Below are positions 29,201 through 38,650 of a stretch of 64,000 bases of DNA, one piece after another. The stretch is from a virus. Under the pieces are notes generated by a model, which was given only the letters and a program-made list of their open reading frames with translations, did no database searches and was not told the origin of the DNA. A program made the translations under genes and the position numbers. Position 1 is the first letter of the stretch; the number at the start of each line of letters is the position of its first letter. The stretch covers positions 1 to 64,000 of the IMG/VR virus record IMGVR_UViG_3300038410_000026; one strand, given 5' to 3'.

Positions 29201-29842
29201 ATGAAGCCCCGTAGGGTGCGTGCTTTCCAAGCCGGTATCGGCCTCCGATGCTCAGTACTAATCCGTACATTTTCATTGATGTTGGTGATTGGAATGGGGT
29301 TACTAGCTCAAGAGAAAAGCCAGTACGTAATTGTATACGATACCGTCAATGGGGTTGCGGCCCTATCCATGGCGGAACTGAAGGCAACCGATATCATTAA
29401 AGATCTTCAATCTAGGATAGCCTTACTGTTGGCGCAGAACATCACCCTCCAGGGCCGCGTGACGGCCCTGGAGTCGAAGATAGGGTTGGCGCTGGTCTTC
29501 TCGTCGCCCTTGGCCGTCACCCCCACCGGCATCGCCTATCTGCAAAAATGTCCCAGTGGGCAGGGCTACTTCTTCGATGGCACCATCGGGCGTTGGGCGT
29601 GTTCTCCCATGGGATTGCAGAACGCCGGAGTGGGAGCGATTACCGCCGACAAGGGCACAAAAATGTGGGTGGACGCTAATGGGACCACCCATGTCGCCAT
29701 CGATTATCCCCTGAACCCCGGTCCCGCTCCGGGAACCGAATATAGCCAGTGCGCACTCGGGCAGTGGACGGCTGATGCCCAATACCTCTACGTATGTGTA
29801 GCGAGTGGACACTGGAAACGAGTTGCGTTTGGTACATGGTAA
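29201..29842 (+). CDS. Secreted or virion-type protein with coiled coil and C-terminal YLYVCVA..W motif
   Basis: Hydrophobic signal-like segment; start uncertain. Confidence 0.45.
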   Translation: MKPRRVRAFQAGIGLRCSVLIRTFSLMLVIGMGLLAQEKSQYVIVYDTVNGVAALSMAELKATDIIKDLQSRIALLLAQNITLQGRVTALESKIGLALVFSSPLAVTPTGIAYLQKCPSGQGYFFDGTIGRWACSPMGLQNAGVGAITADKGTKMWVDANGTTHVAIDYPLNPGPAPGTEYSQCALGQWTADAQYLYVCVASGHWKRVAFGTW

Positions 29843-29863
29843 ATCCGCGTCCAGAGAGAACAA

Positions 29864-30889
29864 ATGAAGCCCCAGAAGTTACCCATCAAACTGGCCATCG
29901 CCTATAAGAATTTCGCCGCTCATGCCGGAATCTCCCACATCGGCCTGGGCGTGAGCGCCCTGAATATCTGTAAGGTATTGAGAGATCAGGGAATTAATGT
30001 AATCGTCTGGCCGATAGTCTCACCTGCCGATTTGCTGCAACACTTACGCACCGACAAGGATGTCACCCATGTCGTCGTTTCCGCTCCGTGGATACCCATC
30101 GCCGACTGGATCAACATCACACGCACTTATCCTGACCACATATTCGCGGTCAACTGCCACTCGAATGTCGGTTTCCTCTTTGCCGATCCGAGGGGGATGG
30201 AATTGCTGCGCGAAGGGCTGAAGCTGGAGTTGGGAACCTGGAACTTTCACATTGCTGGCAACAGCAGGAAGTTCCAGCGGTGGATCGAGGATACCTACGA
30301 GCAGCCGTGCAGCTATCTGCCGAATCTCTATCACCTTCAGAAAGTCCGCATCAACCGCCCGCTGTTCAGTGGTGGTGTATTGAGGGTCGGATGTTTCGGC
30401 GCTGCCAGACCGCTCAAGAACTGCATCAGCGCGGCGGCTTCCGCTTTGGAGATGGCTGCTGATATGCACGTCTCGCTCGAATTCTGGATCTCGGGCGGCA
30501 GAAGCGAGGGATCTCAGGGGATTCTAAACTCCATGCAGGCGATGTACCGGGATCTGCCGCACGCCAAGCTTGTAATCCAGAACTGGCAGACTTGGCCGGA
30601 GTTCCGGGTGACCGTGCGGCACATGAACCTGCTCCTGCAACCGAGCCATTCCGAGTCCTTTAATATGGTGACCGCCGATGGCGTAGCAGAGGGGATACCG
30701 AGCGTTGTCAGCGATGCGGTGGATTGGGTGCCAGAACACTGGAAGGCGTGTATGGATGACGTTGGAGAAATAGCCAGAACGGGCCGGTGCCTATTGGGCG
30801 ATATTCACGCCCCAGCAGATGGGTTGGCTGCGCTTGAAGACCATAATCTCCACGGGGTTATGGCCTGGAAGGAGTTCCTCACATTATGA
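29864..30889 (+). CDS. GT-B (GT4-like) glycosyltransferase
   Basis: GAARPLKN and LLQPSHSESFNMVTADGVAEGIPSVVSD. Confidence 0.75.
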   Translation: MKPQKLPIKLAIAYKNFAAHAGISHIGLGVSALNICKVLRDQGINVIVWPIVSPADLLQHLRTDKDVTHVVVSAPWIPIADWINITRTYPDHIFAVNCHSNVGFLFADPRGMELLREGLKLELGTWNFHIAGNSRKFQRWIEDTYEQPCSYLPNLYHLQKVRINRPLFSGGVLRVGCFGAARPLKNCISAAASALEMAADMHVSLEFWISGGRSEGSQGILNSMQAMYRDLPHAKLVIQNWQTWPEFRVTVRHMNLLLQPSHSESFNMVTADGVAEGIPSVVSDAVDWVPEHWKACMDDVGEIARTGRCLLGDIHAPADGLAALEDHNLHGVMAWKEFLTL

Positions 30890-31107
30890 AGACCAAACTG
30901 TTGACCATCTCGTTTCTGATAGACTCAAAGATACACAGGGAATCCTATTACTACGACTACGATCCGTCGAGTCCTCAGCCCAACTTCTTCATCTTGAACG
31001 GTGTGGCATATCTCACTGAAAGATCAGGGATAGTCCGATACTTCCCGTTATCGCATATACTCGGGATGCAAGTCGGAGACGGGTAGTGTCCTAGTTCGAC
31101 ACGATGC

Positions 31108-31174
31108 AAAAAAGCGCCTGAGCTTTTGGGGCCTAAACCCCAAATCGAGACGCTAGGCGACTCATCTCAGACGC
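31108..31174 (-). ncRNA. Candidate ~67-nt three-way-junction small RNA
   Basis: TTGACG-18-TATTAT promoter (31210-31181), closing stem GCGUCUGAG/CUCAGGCGC, two inner hairpins, U6 tail. Confidence 0.5.
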
Positions 31175-31682
31175 ATTTCTATAATAAGAGAAATTACAAG
31201 ATTCCGTCAACAGAAATCAGATTAAAGAGTCTTCAAATATGTGTTAGGATTGGAATTGGGGGAAGAAGGGGACGCCGAAATGGATACTTCTGAAGCTGTC
31301 CTTGGACAAACATCGCATGGCCCCGTTCGCCTGCCGACAGGTGCGGTCGGAGTTTCCGGCCAAGTCGCTGTAGAGGCGCTCTCTAAGAAGGCGGCCGAGC
31401 AGTTCATACAGGCCCGCATCCGTCAGGATATATTCTCACTAGCCGAGGGGACCGTAACCATTCAATGGCCAGCCGCGCTCAGTGCTGAGAGCTTTCAGGA
31501 TCTCGCCGACTGGCTGGATATTGTGAAGAGGAAGATCGGAAGATCCGTCAAGGCTGCTGAACCCGGTCTTAATTTCGGCGACCCGAGCATGTACAAGCCG
31601 TAAGGACAGTGCGAAATTTCCCTCTCCCGACCGCCACCAAGGATCAATGCAACATTAGGACACTACCCGGAACCGTGGGCTT

Positions 31683-31991
31683 TCATTCTGCCGGAATGGC
31701 AGCCTCCAACTCCGCAATTTCTTTCCGGAGAGCTTCCCGCTTCTCCTCGGCGGTCTTCAGAGACTCTAGCCGGATCTTGGCCTCACGCAACCGCTTGGCC
31801 ATAACGTCGGTCTTGCGGGTGCGAACCTCACGCTTCAATTCAGAGATCCGTTCATCGAGCCACACCGGGGCATCGGTAGAAAGCTCCATGTAGCACCGCT
31901 TCAAGGAGGTAGCTGTGCCATAAAGATAAACCACCTCTTCGAGCGACAAGCGAATCAGGTCCAGGTTCTTTAGCTCATCCAATTCCAGCAT
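31683..31991 (-). CDS. Small coiled-coil protein coupled to the TROVE gene
   Basis: GGAGG RBS; overlaps the TROVE gene end. Confidence 0.65.
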   Translation of the reverse strand: MLELDELKNLDLIRLSLEEVVYLYGTATSLKRCYMELSTDAPVWLDERISELKREVRTRKTDVMAKRLREAKIRLESLKTAEEKREALRKEIAELEAAIPAE

Positions 31992-33465
31992 GTTCAACCT
32001 CCTCTTTCTTCTGGGCGAAGACATCTTTCAACTCCAGTAGCGGCGTCTCCATGATCTCGTCGATCAGCGAGTAACGCGATGTTCGCATGGTCTTGATCAG
32101 ATTGGGCAGCGAGTAGTAGTCTACGTTGCTGCCGCTCAGATCAAACTTCTGGCAATCGATCCCGGCCCGCACGAGCGTTTCGGAGAAAACATCCTCCGAA
32201 TCACCGCTCAGTCGGTACAGGTAAACCGTGGGCTCAACGCCTGTGTTTTCAGCATACTTCTTGTAAACGTTGTAGAAGTACGGAGGATTGTTCTCTCCGC
32301 CGTCCGAAATTACAGCTATACCGTTGATTTCAAGACCATTATCGATTGCATACTGCAAGCCGCAGCCGATGGAAGTTCCGCCGCAAGCCCTGACGTGCTT
32401 AGTCGAGGCGCTAAGTTCACTGTAAGTCTTGCCCGTAACCTCTATGTAGCGCGGATAAACATCGAAGAATACCAAATGCACCTCTCCCTGGACCAACTTG
32501 GCCAGGGTGGATGCGATCATGCGAGATGCTTCGATGGCCACACTCATGGAACCGGACTTATCGCCGAGCACTAGCCAGTTGCCTTCGATGCCGCCAAGGG
32601 TCTTAATCTGCCGCTCCTGAAGGCTATCCAGCTTCTTGCTCAGAACCTCATCGCCGATGGCTTCTGCCGCCCGCGTGGTTTTGAAGGTGACTTTCTTGCT
32701 TTTCGATGCCTTCTCCAGCGCCGATTCGTAGGCTGCCCGCAGCGCCGCGTTGGATTTCACTCCTAGGCGCTCCAGCAGCTTGGTGTTGGTCACCAATTCT
32801 GTGGGCGTCATACGGTTGATGAGCGCCAACACGAGGTCGGGATCTTTCCGTTTTTCGCCCAAGGCTCCCGTGGCGACCAGAAAGGGGATCTTGCGATCCA
32901 TGATCTCGGAGGCGGCTTCCTGGACCGACATATTCTTGAGGTTGGCGATGGCTTCAAATACCGTCCCTTTAGGCTTATCTCCCTTGAATAGAATGAGATC
33001 CGCCATGGCGGAAGGCTTGGCGTGGGTCAGGGCGTACAGTTCCTTTAGCTTCTTGCGATGCTGTACGGCGGTCCTTTCCCAACGCGCCCAGTTCGATTCG
33101 AGCGTCTTTAGGTAGTTTCCGATCACCCGATCCAGAAGTTTCGCCCGCCCCGGCAGTTTGATCTCCTTGGCAAAACGCAGCGCCCGTACCAGATTGCGCG
33201 GATCTAGCAGCGAGAGATGCGCGAGGGAATTCTCGACGAATTCTTGCGGGAACTCTCGCGTGGCGAGAGATACCACCGGAAGGGCCACCTTGGAGTCCCG
33301 GATCTGTCCTTTCTTGCGGTTCCAGGCAATTAGGTGCGCCAGGAATTCCGGCTCCTGTTTGGCCGCAATCTGTCCCATGGGCACATATTCGGCCAGCTTT
33401 CCATGCGCCGACCGCGAGAGTTCGGCGATGATTTGGGTCTTTTGGACCCCGGTTTCTTTCTTCAC
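31975..33465 (-). CDS. TROVE (Ro60-like) plus vWA domain protein
   Basis: Helical N-terminal region; vWA MIDAS VLGDKSGSM, GGTS, ISDGGEN; GTG start after AAGGAG; preceded by Y-RNA-like units. Confidence 0.78.
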   Translation of the reverse strand: MKKETGVQKTQIIAELSRSAHGKLAEYVPMGQIAAKQEPEFLAHLIAWNRKKGQIRDSKVALPVVSLATREFPQEFVENSLAHLSLLDPRNLVRALRFAKEIKLPGRAKLLDRVIGNYLKTLESNWARWERTAVQHRKKLKELYALTHAKPSAMADLILFKGDKPKGTVFEAIANLKNMSVQEAASEIMDRKIPFLVATGALGEKRKDPDLVLALINRMTPTELVTNTKLLERLGVKSNAALRAAYESALEKASKSKKVTFKTTRAAEAIGDEVLSKKLDSLQERQIKTLGGIEGNWLVLGDKSGSMSVAIEASRMIASTLAKLVQGEVHLVFFDVYPRYIEVTGKTYSELSASTKHVRACGGTSIGCGLQYAIDNGLEINGIAVISDGGENNPPYFYNVYKKYAENTGVEPTVYLYRLSGDSEDVFSETLVRAGIDCQKFDLSGSNVDYYSLPNLIKTMRTSRYSLIDEIMETPLLELKDVFAQKKEEVEHAGIG

Positions 33466-33480
33466 TGTCGCTCCTTTTAG

Positions 33481-33556
33481 TGCGGCAAGTCCCGGATGCA
33501 ATTGGCTGTCGGACCAATTGAAAGATGGTGACATGTAAGCTACCGGAGTAGCCGCA
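33481..33556 (-). ncRNA. Y RNA-like unit 5
   Basis: UGCGGC-UACU-CCGG ... CCGG-GACUU-GCCGCA. Confidence 0.65.
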
Positions 33557-33563
33557 ACTTCAA

Positions 33564-33687
33564 TGGCGCAAGTCGAACCGGCGTCCAAGGCCCCCGTGAG
33601 ATTTTTCTTGGGGGGCCTTTCGGATTCGAACCGAATCGCAACCCTTACGGGCTACTTTGCCAGCGTGTATCCGGTTCAGTAGCGCCA
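33564..33687 (-). ncRNA. Y RNA-like unit 4 with T-arm
   Basis: UGGCGC-UACU-GAACCGG ... GGUUCGAAUCC ... CCGGUUC-GACUU-GCGCCA. Confidence 0.7.
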
Positions 33688-33694
33688 AACTTAA

Positions 33695-33763
33695 CGGCGA
33701 AAAGTCGGAGTTGAGTTGGTTTGCTCAAAAGGATAAGCATGTACTCGGCTCCAGTATTCGCCG
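33695..33763 (-). ncRNA. Y RNA-like unit 3 (minimal)
   Basis: CGGCGAA-UACU-GGAGCCGAGU ... ACUCAACUCC-GACUU-UUCGCCG. Confidence 0.65.
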
Positions 33764-33770
33764 GTCTTGA

Positions 33771-33876
33771 TTCCGGAAAGTCGTCGTGCCGTAGTTGCCA
33801 TACCGTTAGGCGATATCTCCCGTGGGGGATACCCGGATTTGAACCGGGATACATGTAGGCACTCCAGTATCCGGAA
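33771..33876 (-). ncRNA. Y RNA-like unit 2 with T-arm
   Basis: UUCCGGA-UACU ... CCGGUUCAAAUCCGG ... GACUU-UCCGGAA. Confidence 0.68.
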
Positions 33877-33884
33877 ACCTCCAA

Positions 33885-34004
33885 TCCCGGCAAGTCAGTG
33901 AAGAAGTCCCACCGAAATGGGTGTCCGGATTCGAACCGGAAATTTCTGATTATAAGTCAGATGCTCTACCGTTGAGCTACATGTATCTTCACTAGTAGCC
34001 GGGA
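33885..34004 (-). ncRNA. Y RNA-like unit 1 (YrlA-like) with tRNA-like D, anticodon (UAU) and T arms
   Basis: UCCCGGC-UACU-AGUGAAGA..GUAGCUCAACGGUAGAGC..UCUGA-CUUAUAA-UCAGA..CCGGUUCGAAUCCGG..UCUUCACU-GACUU-GCCGGGA; no canonical acceptor stem or CCA. Confidence 0.78.
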
Positions 34005-34101
34005 AACTTTTTATCCCCGGCTGCCGATCAAATCTTCCGTGATTCGGCAGAATCACCGCAGCCGGGGATCGGGCTCAGGCTCACTTCTCTATCGCTTCTC
34101 A

Positions 34102-34131
34102 AGGGTACAGCCTTAGGATGCTTCCTGTCAA
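34102..34131 (-). promoter_or_regulatory. Putative promoter TTGACA-18-TACCCT for the Y RNA/TROVE transcript
   Basis: Consensus -35 and weaker -10; divergent from an XRE gene. Confidence 0.5.
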
Positions 34132-34186
34132 CAAAAATCTTATGTTGAGCGCAAAAAATTTTATGCTACAGTTGGTAAGAGGGTAT

Positions 34187-34450
34187 ATGACAGATGGAAG
34201 TGGATCTAACGGTCTCGACAAGCCGCGCTCTGGAAAACCAGCGCCAGCAGGCAGCATCGGCAGCAAGATGCGCATTGCCCGTATGATGGCGGGTTTGCGG
34301 CAAGGGGATCTGGCCAACAGGATGGAGATATCCCAGGTGACGGTCTCCTCGTGGGAAACCGGAAGGACGCATCCCAATGCGCTTCAACTGGAACGCTTCG
34401 CAAGTGTATTGGGGATGGATTTAGTCATCGAATTCCGCTCGCGCCAGTAG
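34187..34450 (+). CDS. XRE-family HTH regulator
   Basis: GLRQGDLANRMEISQVTVSSWETGRTHP. Confidence 0.85.
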   Translation: MTDGSGSNGLDKPRSGKPAPAGSIGSKMRIARMMAGLRQGDLANRMEISQVTVSSWETGRTHPNALQLERFASVLGMDLVIEFRSRQ

Positions 34451-34755
34451 GGTGAATGGGTTCGCAGGAATCCTAGCATTCTGGCCGATCCAAGGGGGTT
34501 CTGGGAATGAATCTGTACTCCTCCTTCCGGCCAAGATTGGTTTTTCCACATCCAGATCAGGACATCAAGGCCCGTCTTCTGATCCTCCCAGAAGCCCATC
34601 GAGGCCATCGGCGTCAGGTCGTGATCAAGTGAAGCGCACCAGACTTCTCCCGATTGCAACAGCTTGATCGCCTCTTCAACGGTTTTCACCCAAGTCCAGC
34701 CGCACCGGCCATGCTCCCAGGGATCGCGGGTATCGTCCAAAAATAGCTTGATCAT
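34384..34755 (-). CDS. Cyclic-phosphate-processing receiver domain protein
   Basis: LFLDDTRDP, SLDHDL, TGLDVL.W, IHSQNP.G..M signature. Confidence 0.82.
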   Translation of the reverse strand: MIKLFLDDTRDPWEHGRCGWTWVKTVEEAIKLLQSGEVWCASLDHDLTPMASMGFWEDQKTGLDVLIWMWKNQSWPEGGVQIHSQNPLGSARMLGFLRTHSPYWRERNSMTKSIPNTLAKRSS

Positions 34756-35522
34756 TGGACGGTTTTCACGGTCGGGGTGTTGGTGACGCGAGTGGCCCCA
34801 GGAATCAGGACTCGTAACGCGGTAGGGATAGCTTGACTGGTTAGGTTGTGCCAGAAGCTGGCCTTGGTGGGCTTGAACATATCCCGGATATACCCCATGG
34901 TTTCAGCTACTTCTGCTGTCCCCTTATGCAATTCCTCGGTGCTGCCAGCGAGTTCCGCTACCATCTTCTTGACGTTTTCATCTCTAGCTAGTTGATCGGA
35001 ATGCTCTAGGATCGATTGAAGCACTTTCATGTTTTGGTTGGTTTGATCGGTCAGGACTTGTAGGTTGCGTCCGGATTGCTCCAGTACTGCTGAGAGTTTT
35101 GGCAACAATTCACTGTTGATATTGTGGTCGGAATGCTCGATCAGGGAGCGGGTTGAGAGCATGGTATCGTGCAGGTCTGTCAACACGACGTTGGCTTTGG
35201 CTACCGCCGCCGCCGCGTCCTTTGCTGACTTGTCCCAGTATTCTCTTTGGTTTAGGGAAGCTCTCCGCCATTCATCGGCGCTCAGGCCAAGTTGCACCAG
35301 GACGGCATTGGTGTTGGCCAGCACGCCAGAGAATCCGCGTGGATTTTTGGGATCGATGTAGCTGTTGAGATTAGCTGAAACCTGATCAAGTGACTGTGCG
35401 GAATGATCGATCCGGGCATTGATTTGAAGCAGGACTGCGGTTGCGGCCACCATGAAGGCGATGATGGCCAGAGCGGAAGCGGCGTGCAGCCATTTAAGCA
35501 ATACGTCTAGGGAGAACTTCAT
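34752..35522 (-). CDS. Membrane-anchored coiled-coil protein
   Basis: N-terminal TM helix followed by heptad-rich region. Confidence 0.55.
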   Translation of the reverse strand: MKFSLDVLLKWLHAASALAIIAFMVAATAVLLQINARIDHSAQSLDQVSANLNSYIDPKNPRGFSGVLANTNAVLVQLGLSADEWRRASLNQREYWDKSAKDAAAAVAKANVVLTDLHDTMLSTRSLIEHSDHNINSELLPKLSAVLEQSGRNLQVLTDQTNQNMKVLQSILEHSDQLARDENVKKMVAELAGSTEELHKGTAEVAETMGYIRDMFKPTKASFWHNLTSQAIPTALRVLIPGATRVTNTPTVKTVQ

Positions 35523-35941
35523 GCCAGAATATTAAGCGTGTTGACATTTGTAGTCAATAATATTGCAACGGATTTTGCTTGCAAAACGCCGAGCGGCGTT
35601 TTAATATGTGGCCAAGTGCTGGCGAAAGGAGGTGCGAGAGATCCCGCCGCCTGGACTCTGCTACCATCCCTCCTCCGTATGGTAGACGACGAGAGCCAAC
35701 GTCAGTCGGGCGGCGGGTTCTATCGCTGTAATCATATCAATGATATACGCTGAAAGACTAGCGAAGCGTGCGTTTGAGACCTGGGTGGCCAGCGGAAAGG
35801 CACCGGGCCGGAGACGTACCAGGACTTGGGAGCAGTTGTGGCCGTCCGAGCGGTTTGGATGGCAGCAGGTAGCCATGGCAGTGATAAAGGAAGCAGAAGA
35901 GAATCCACCTTCGTTTGCTATAATTTGCAAGGAAGAGGACC

Positions 35942-36442
35942 ATGCCTAAAATTGATCCGTACAGCATAGACGTGTACATGGAATTAGACGAATGGTTCCG
36001 AGAAGATCTGACGGAAGCGTTCCGGGAGCGATATGGCCTTGCGCCACAGTTCTATAGCACCGTGATTGGGTTTCCGTTCCGAGATGTGAAGAACGGGAAC
36101 AGCTACGTGATGATCTGGACCATCGTGATCAACGATATGTCCATGCCGGTGACGGCTGGAGACTACTATCAGGCTTCCGTGGATGGAGATCCGGAGAAGC
36201 TGGCCGGGATCTTGGGGCGTCAATTCAAGCTGTCGCCGGTCCCTTCGCCTCCATTTCCGATCCCGGAGTATGACCCGCATCCCATCGGAAGCCCCATCAG
36301 TTCAGATCCTACGGGCAGGTCTTTTCACCCGTCCGCTACGGACAACTGGCCCACTGGCAAAAATTTCACCGATCCAGTGACCTTGAAGGTATATCGAAAA
36401 ATTGGCGGCATAACAGGTCCGTACTGGTTCTTGAAGAACTGA
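35942..36442 (+). CDS. Hypothetical protein
   Basis: 166 aa, GAGG RBS. Confidence 0.55.
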   Translation: MPKIDPYSIDVYMELDEWFREDLTEAFRERYGLAPQFYSTVIGFPFRDVKNGNSYVMIWTIVINDMSMPVTAGDYYQASVDGDPEKLAGILGRQFKLSPVPSPPFPIPEYDPHPIGSPISSDPTGRSFHPSATDNWPTGKNFTDPVTLKVYRKIGGITGPYWFLKN

Positions 36443-36456
36443 AAGGAGAAAACGGA

Positions 36457-37335
36457 ATGATAACCGACGACGGGTTGGCCATCATGAGGCAGGAGGCGCT
36501 GGCCAAAGAAGGTTTTCTGAAAGGAGAAATCGGAATGATAACCAAAGGACTCGAAGCAGCAAAATTCGAGGAAACAAACGAAAATAACGAGTTAGTTAGG
36601 AGGATGAAGGGCAAGCGCTTCATCGAATCAGAATTTGCCAAGGAATCCAGGATGAAGCAGGAGGCGATGGCCAGAGAAGGTCTCGTGGGGCGTTACGAGG
36701 ACCAAGCCTGGACAGGCCCCGACTCTCCTTTCATATTCCGTACGGTCACCACCGATACGGTCACCACCAACGGAACAAGCTCCGATCCCTTTTTTCAATG
36801 GCAACCGGAGGCTTTTCAGCACAGCCCGCAGCGAGATCATGCAGTTTTTCCTGAAACTCCCGTGGCTGTGGCGGCTCCACGGGCTGAGGCCGATGAGGAG
36901 TATCTGGGGCTGGCACAGGAATTGGGGATCTCTTCGGCAGCGGTAGACCGCGAAAGGCTCCTGCGGATTCTCGAAGATGAGGGCATCCCTATCTACGATC
37001 CCGAAAAAGTAAACAAATGGATGGATCACAAGACCCCCCAGGGGAAGACCTGGAAATGGTTTCCGGTGCGGAGTAAGGATCTCGTGCCATCTTTATTCGA
37101 TCTCGGGACTAGGATGCAGCGCCTTGGAGTGGGGACCTACCGGCACAGGATTCCGATGCCGGTGCTTGAGACCATCGCCAAGATCTCGCACCGGATGGAA
37201 GAGGCGGTCTTTTTCATCACCGACTATGAGGATAAAAGGCCAGACCCCTTCCTAGCGGTTAGCACCAAAAGCATGGCCAGCGCCGGTGAACTGTTCATAA
37301 TCGAACGCTGGGACGAACCGGGGTTCCGCAGGTAA
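36457..37335 (+). CDS. Hypothetical phage protein (C-terminal PDPFL...ERWDEP motif)
   Basis: 292 aa; the AAGGAGAAA(A)(C/T)CGGAATGATAACC leader is duplicated at 36443 and 36521. Confidence 0.6.
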   Translation: MITDDGLAIMRQEALAKEGFLKGEIGMITKGLEAAKFEETNENNELVRRMKGKRFIESEFAKESRMKQEAMAREGLVGRYEDQAWTGPDSPFIFRTVTTDTVTTNGTSSDPFFQWQPEAFQHSPQRDHAVFPETPVAVAAPRAEADEEYLGLAQELGISSAAVDRERLLRILEDEGIPIYDPEKVNKWMDHKTPQGKTWKWFPVRSKDLVPSLFDLGTRMQRLGVGTYRHRIPMPVLETIAKISHRMEEAVFFITDYEDKRPDPFLAVSTKSMASAGELFIIERWDEPGFRR

Positions 37336-38053
37336 CATCCAGATTTGGACATGACGGCTCTGTTGTATAAACAGGATGGGAGAATGCGATTGGCGGTGGT
37401 GGCGAATCCGCCTCCGCCTACACTACTCGAATGGGAAAATGCACGCTTAGATAGCGGGTTTAACGCCTGTTTTGAATTGCCGATGTTTCCCGTGAAACCT
37501 CCCGTGGTCGAGATGGAGCTAGTGGGGTGCGATGACGAGGTGGCCGTCTATGAGGAGAAAGTGCCGGTTCTGCCACCTGGAAGGAAAGGATGAATGAAAT
37601 GATCGTATCCATTGATCAGGTGGCGGCTGCGGCTGCTCTCATGTTCACCGTTGGGGCGTTGCTCGACATCCATTTGAGCGGCAGTGCGAGAAGGGATCTT
37701 GAGAGATTGACAGAAGAGTACAGAAAGCGAATCTCGGTCTTCAGGAAATAAAAGAGGGCGGATTGACATCCGCCCAGAAACGAAAGGAGCAACACAGAAC
37801 CGAAAGGTGTGTGTCAACTGTATTCTACGTCGTTTTGGCCGCGAGTGCAAGCGGTGTTTACGGTTCAATATCGTTGTCCATACAGGGCTTACTGGTACGA
37901 TCATGGAGAATTTGCAGAGTTCTCAACGGCCTCCAGCGCTGCCGTTGGCCTCTATTTCAAGGAGAGGAAGATAGCTTGTAGAGTAGTGGATGAAGAAGGC
38001 CGCATGATGTACCAGATTCCAAACGAGATTCCTAGAGCGGGGACGATTCCGCA

Positions 38054-38650
38054 ATGTGGAAGGTGATAGCGGCTCTATTCTGCTCATCTTGCCTTTATAG
38101 TCAAGTAGAGATGACCGCTTCTCCGGTGTCCAGGGACGCCGTTAAGCGCATGTTTGGACGGCGGGCGGTAAAGGTCATTCAGTTGTGGACTATCACCTTG
38201 AACAACAAGACTCCCAACGCGGTTGGCATTGGCGAGGGGGCCATCCTGAGAAATATGTCCGAATTAAAACCTTATAGCCATGAGATGGCCAGCATTTTGA
38301 TTCAGGACGCCGAGAAGAAAAGCCCCTGGTCCATCGCGGCGCGAGTCGTATCGGATCTCGTTCTGATCAGCAGCGTACTCGGGACTGGAGGCATCGTGGC
38401 CATGCCGGATCAGGCACTGGCCGGTATGGCTCTGTTTTCATCGAATGCTCCCTATCTGAGCAACCGGCTGCTGGCGGCAAAACCCAATATCCTGCAAAAC
38501 TTCGAGGCGATTTCCCTTAAGGGAGTGGTTACGCTGGAGCCGGGAGAAGGAGCCGTGACTGCGGCCTTTACGGCTCCATGGCTCAATCCATCCCCCCGCA
38601 ACTACACCATCGACGTTTCCCAGTCCAAAACCATTCAACTGATCCGCTAA
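38054..38650 (+). CDS. Signal-peptide-bearing hypothetical protein
   Basis: MWKVIAALFCSSCLYS. Confidence 0.5.
   Translation: MWKVIAALFCSSCLYSQVEMTASPVSRDAVKRMFGRRAVKVIQLWTITLNNKTPNAVGIGEGAILRNMSELKPYSHEMASILIQDAEKKSPWSIAARVVSDLVLISSVLGTGGIVAMPDQALAGMALFSSNAPYLSNRLLAAKPNILQNFEAISLKGVVTLEPGEGAVTAAFTAPWLNPSPRNYTIDVSQSKTIQLIR

Noticed and set aside
33915-33985. Canonical tRNA-Ile(UAU) gene
   Set aside because: D, anticodon and T arms are present but there is no 7-bp acceptor stem or CCA; it is embedded in a Y RNA-type terminal helix.
34549-34565. Extra copy of the dispersed palindrome (CATCCAGATCAGGACAT)
   Set aside because: Mismatched and inside a coding region; may be chance.
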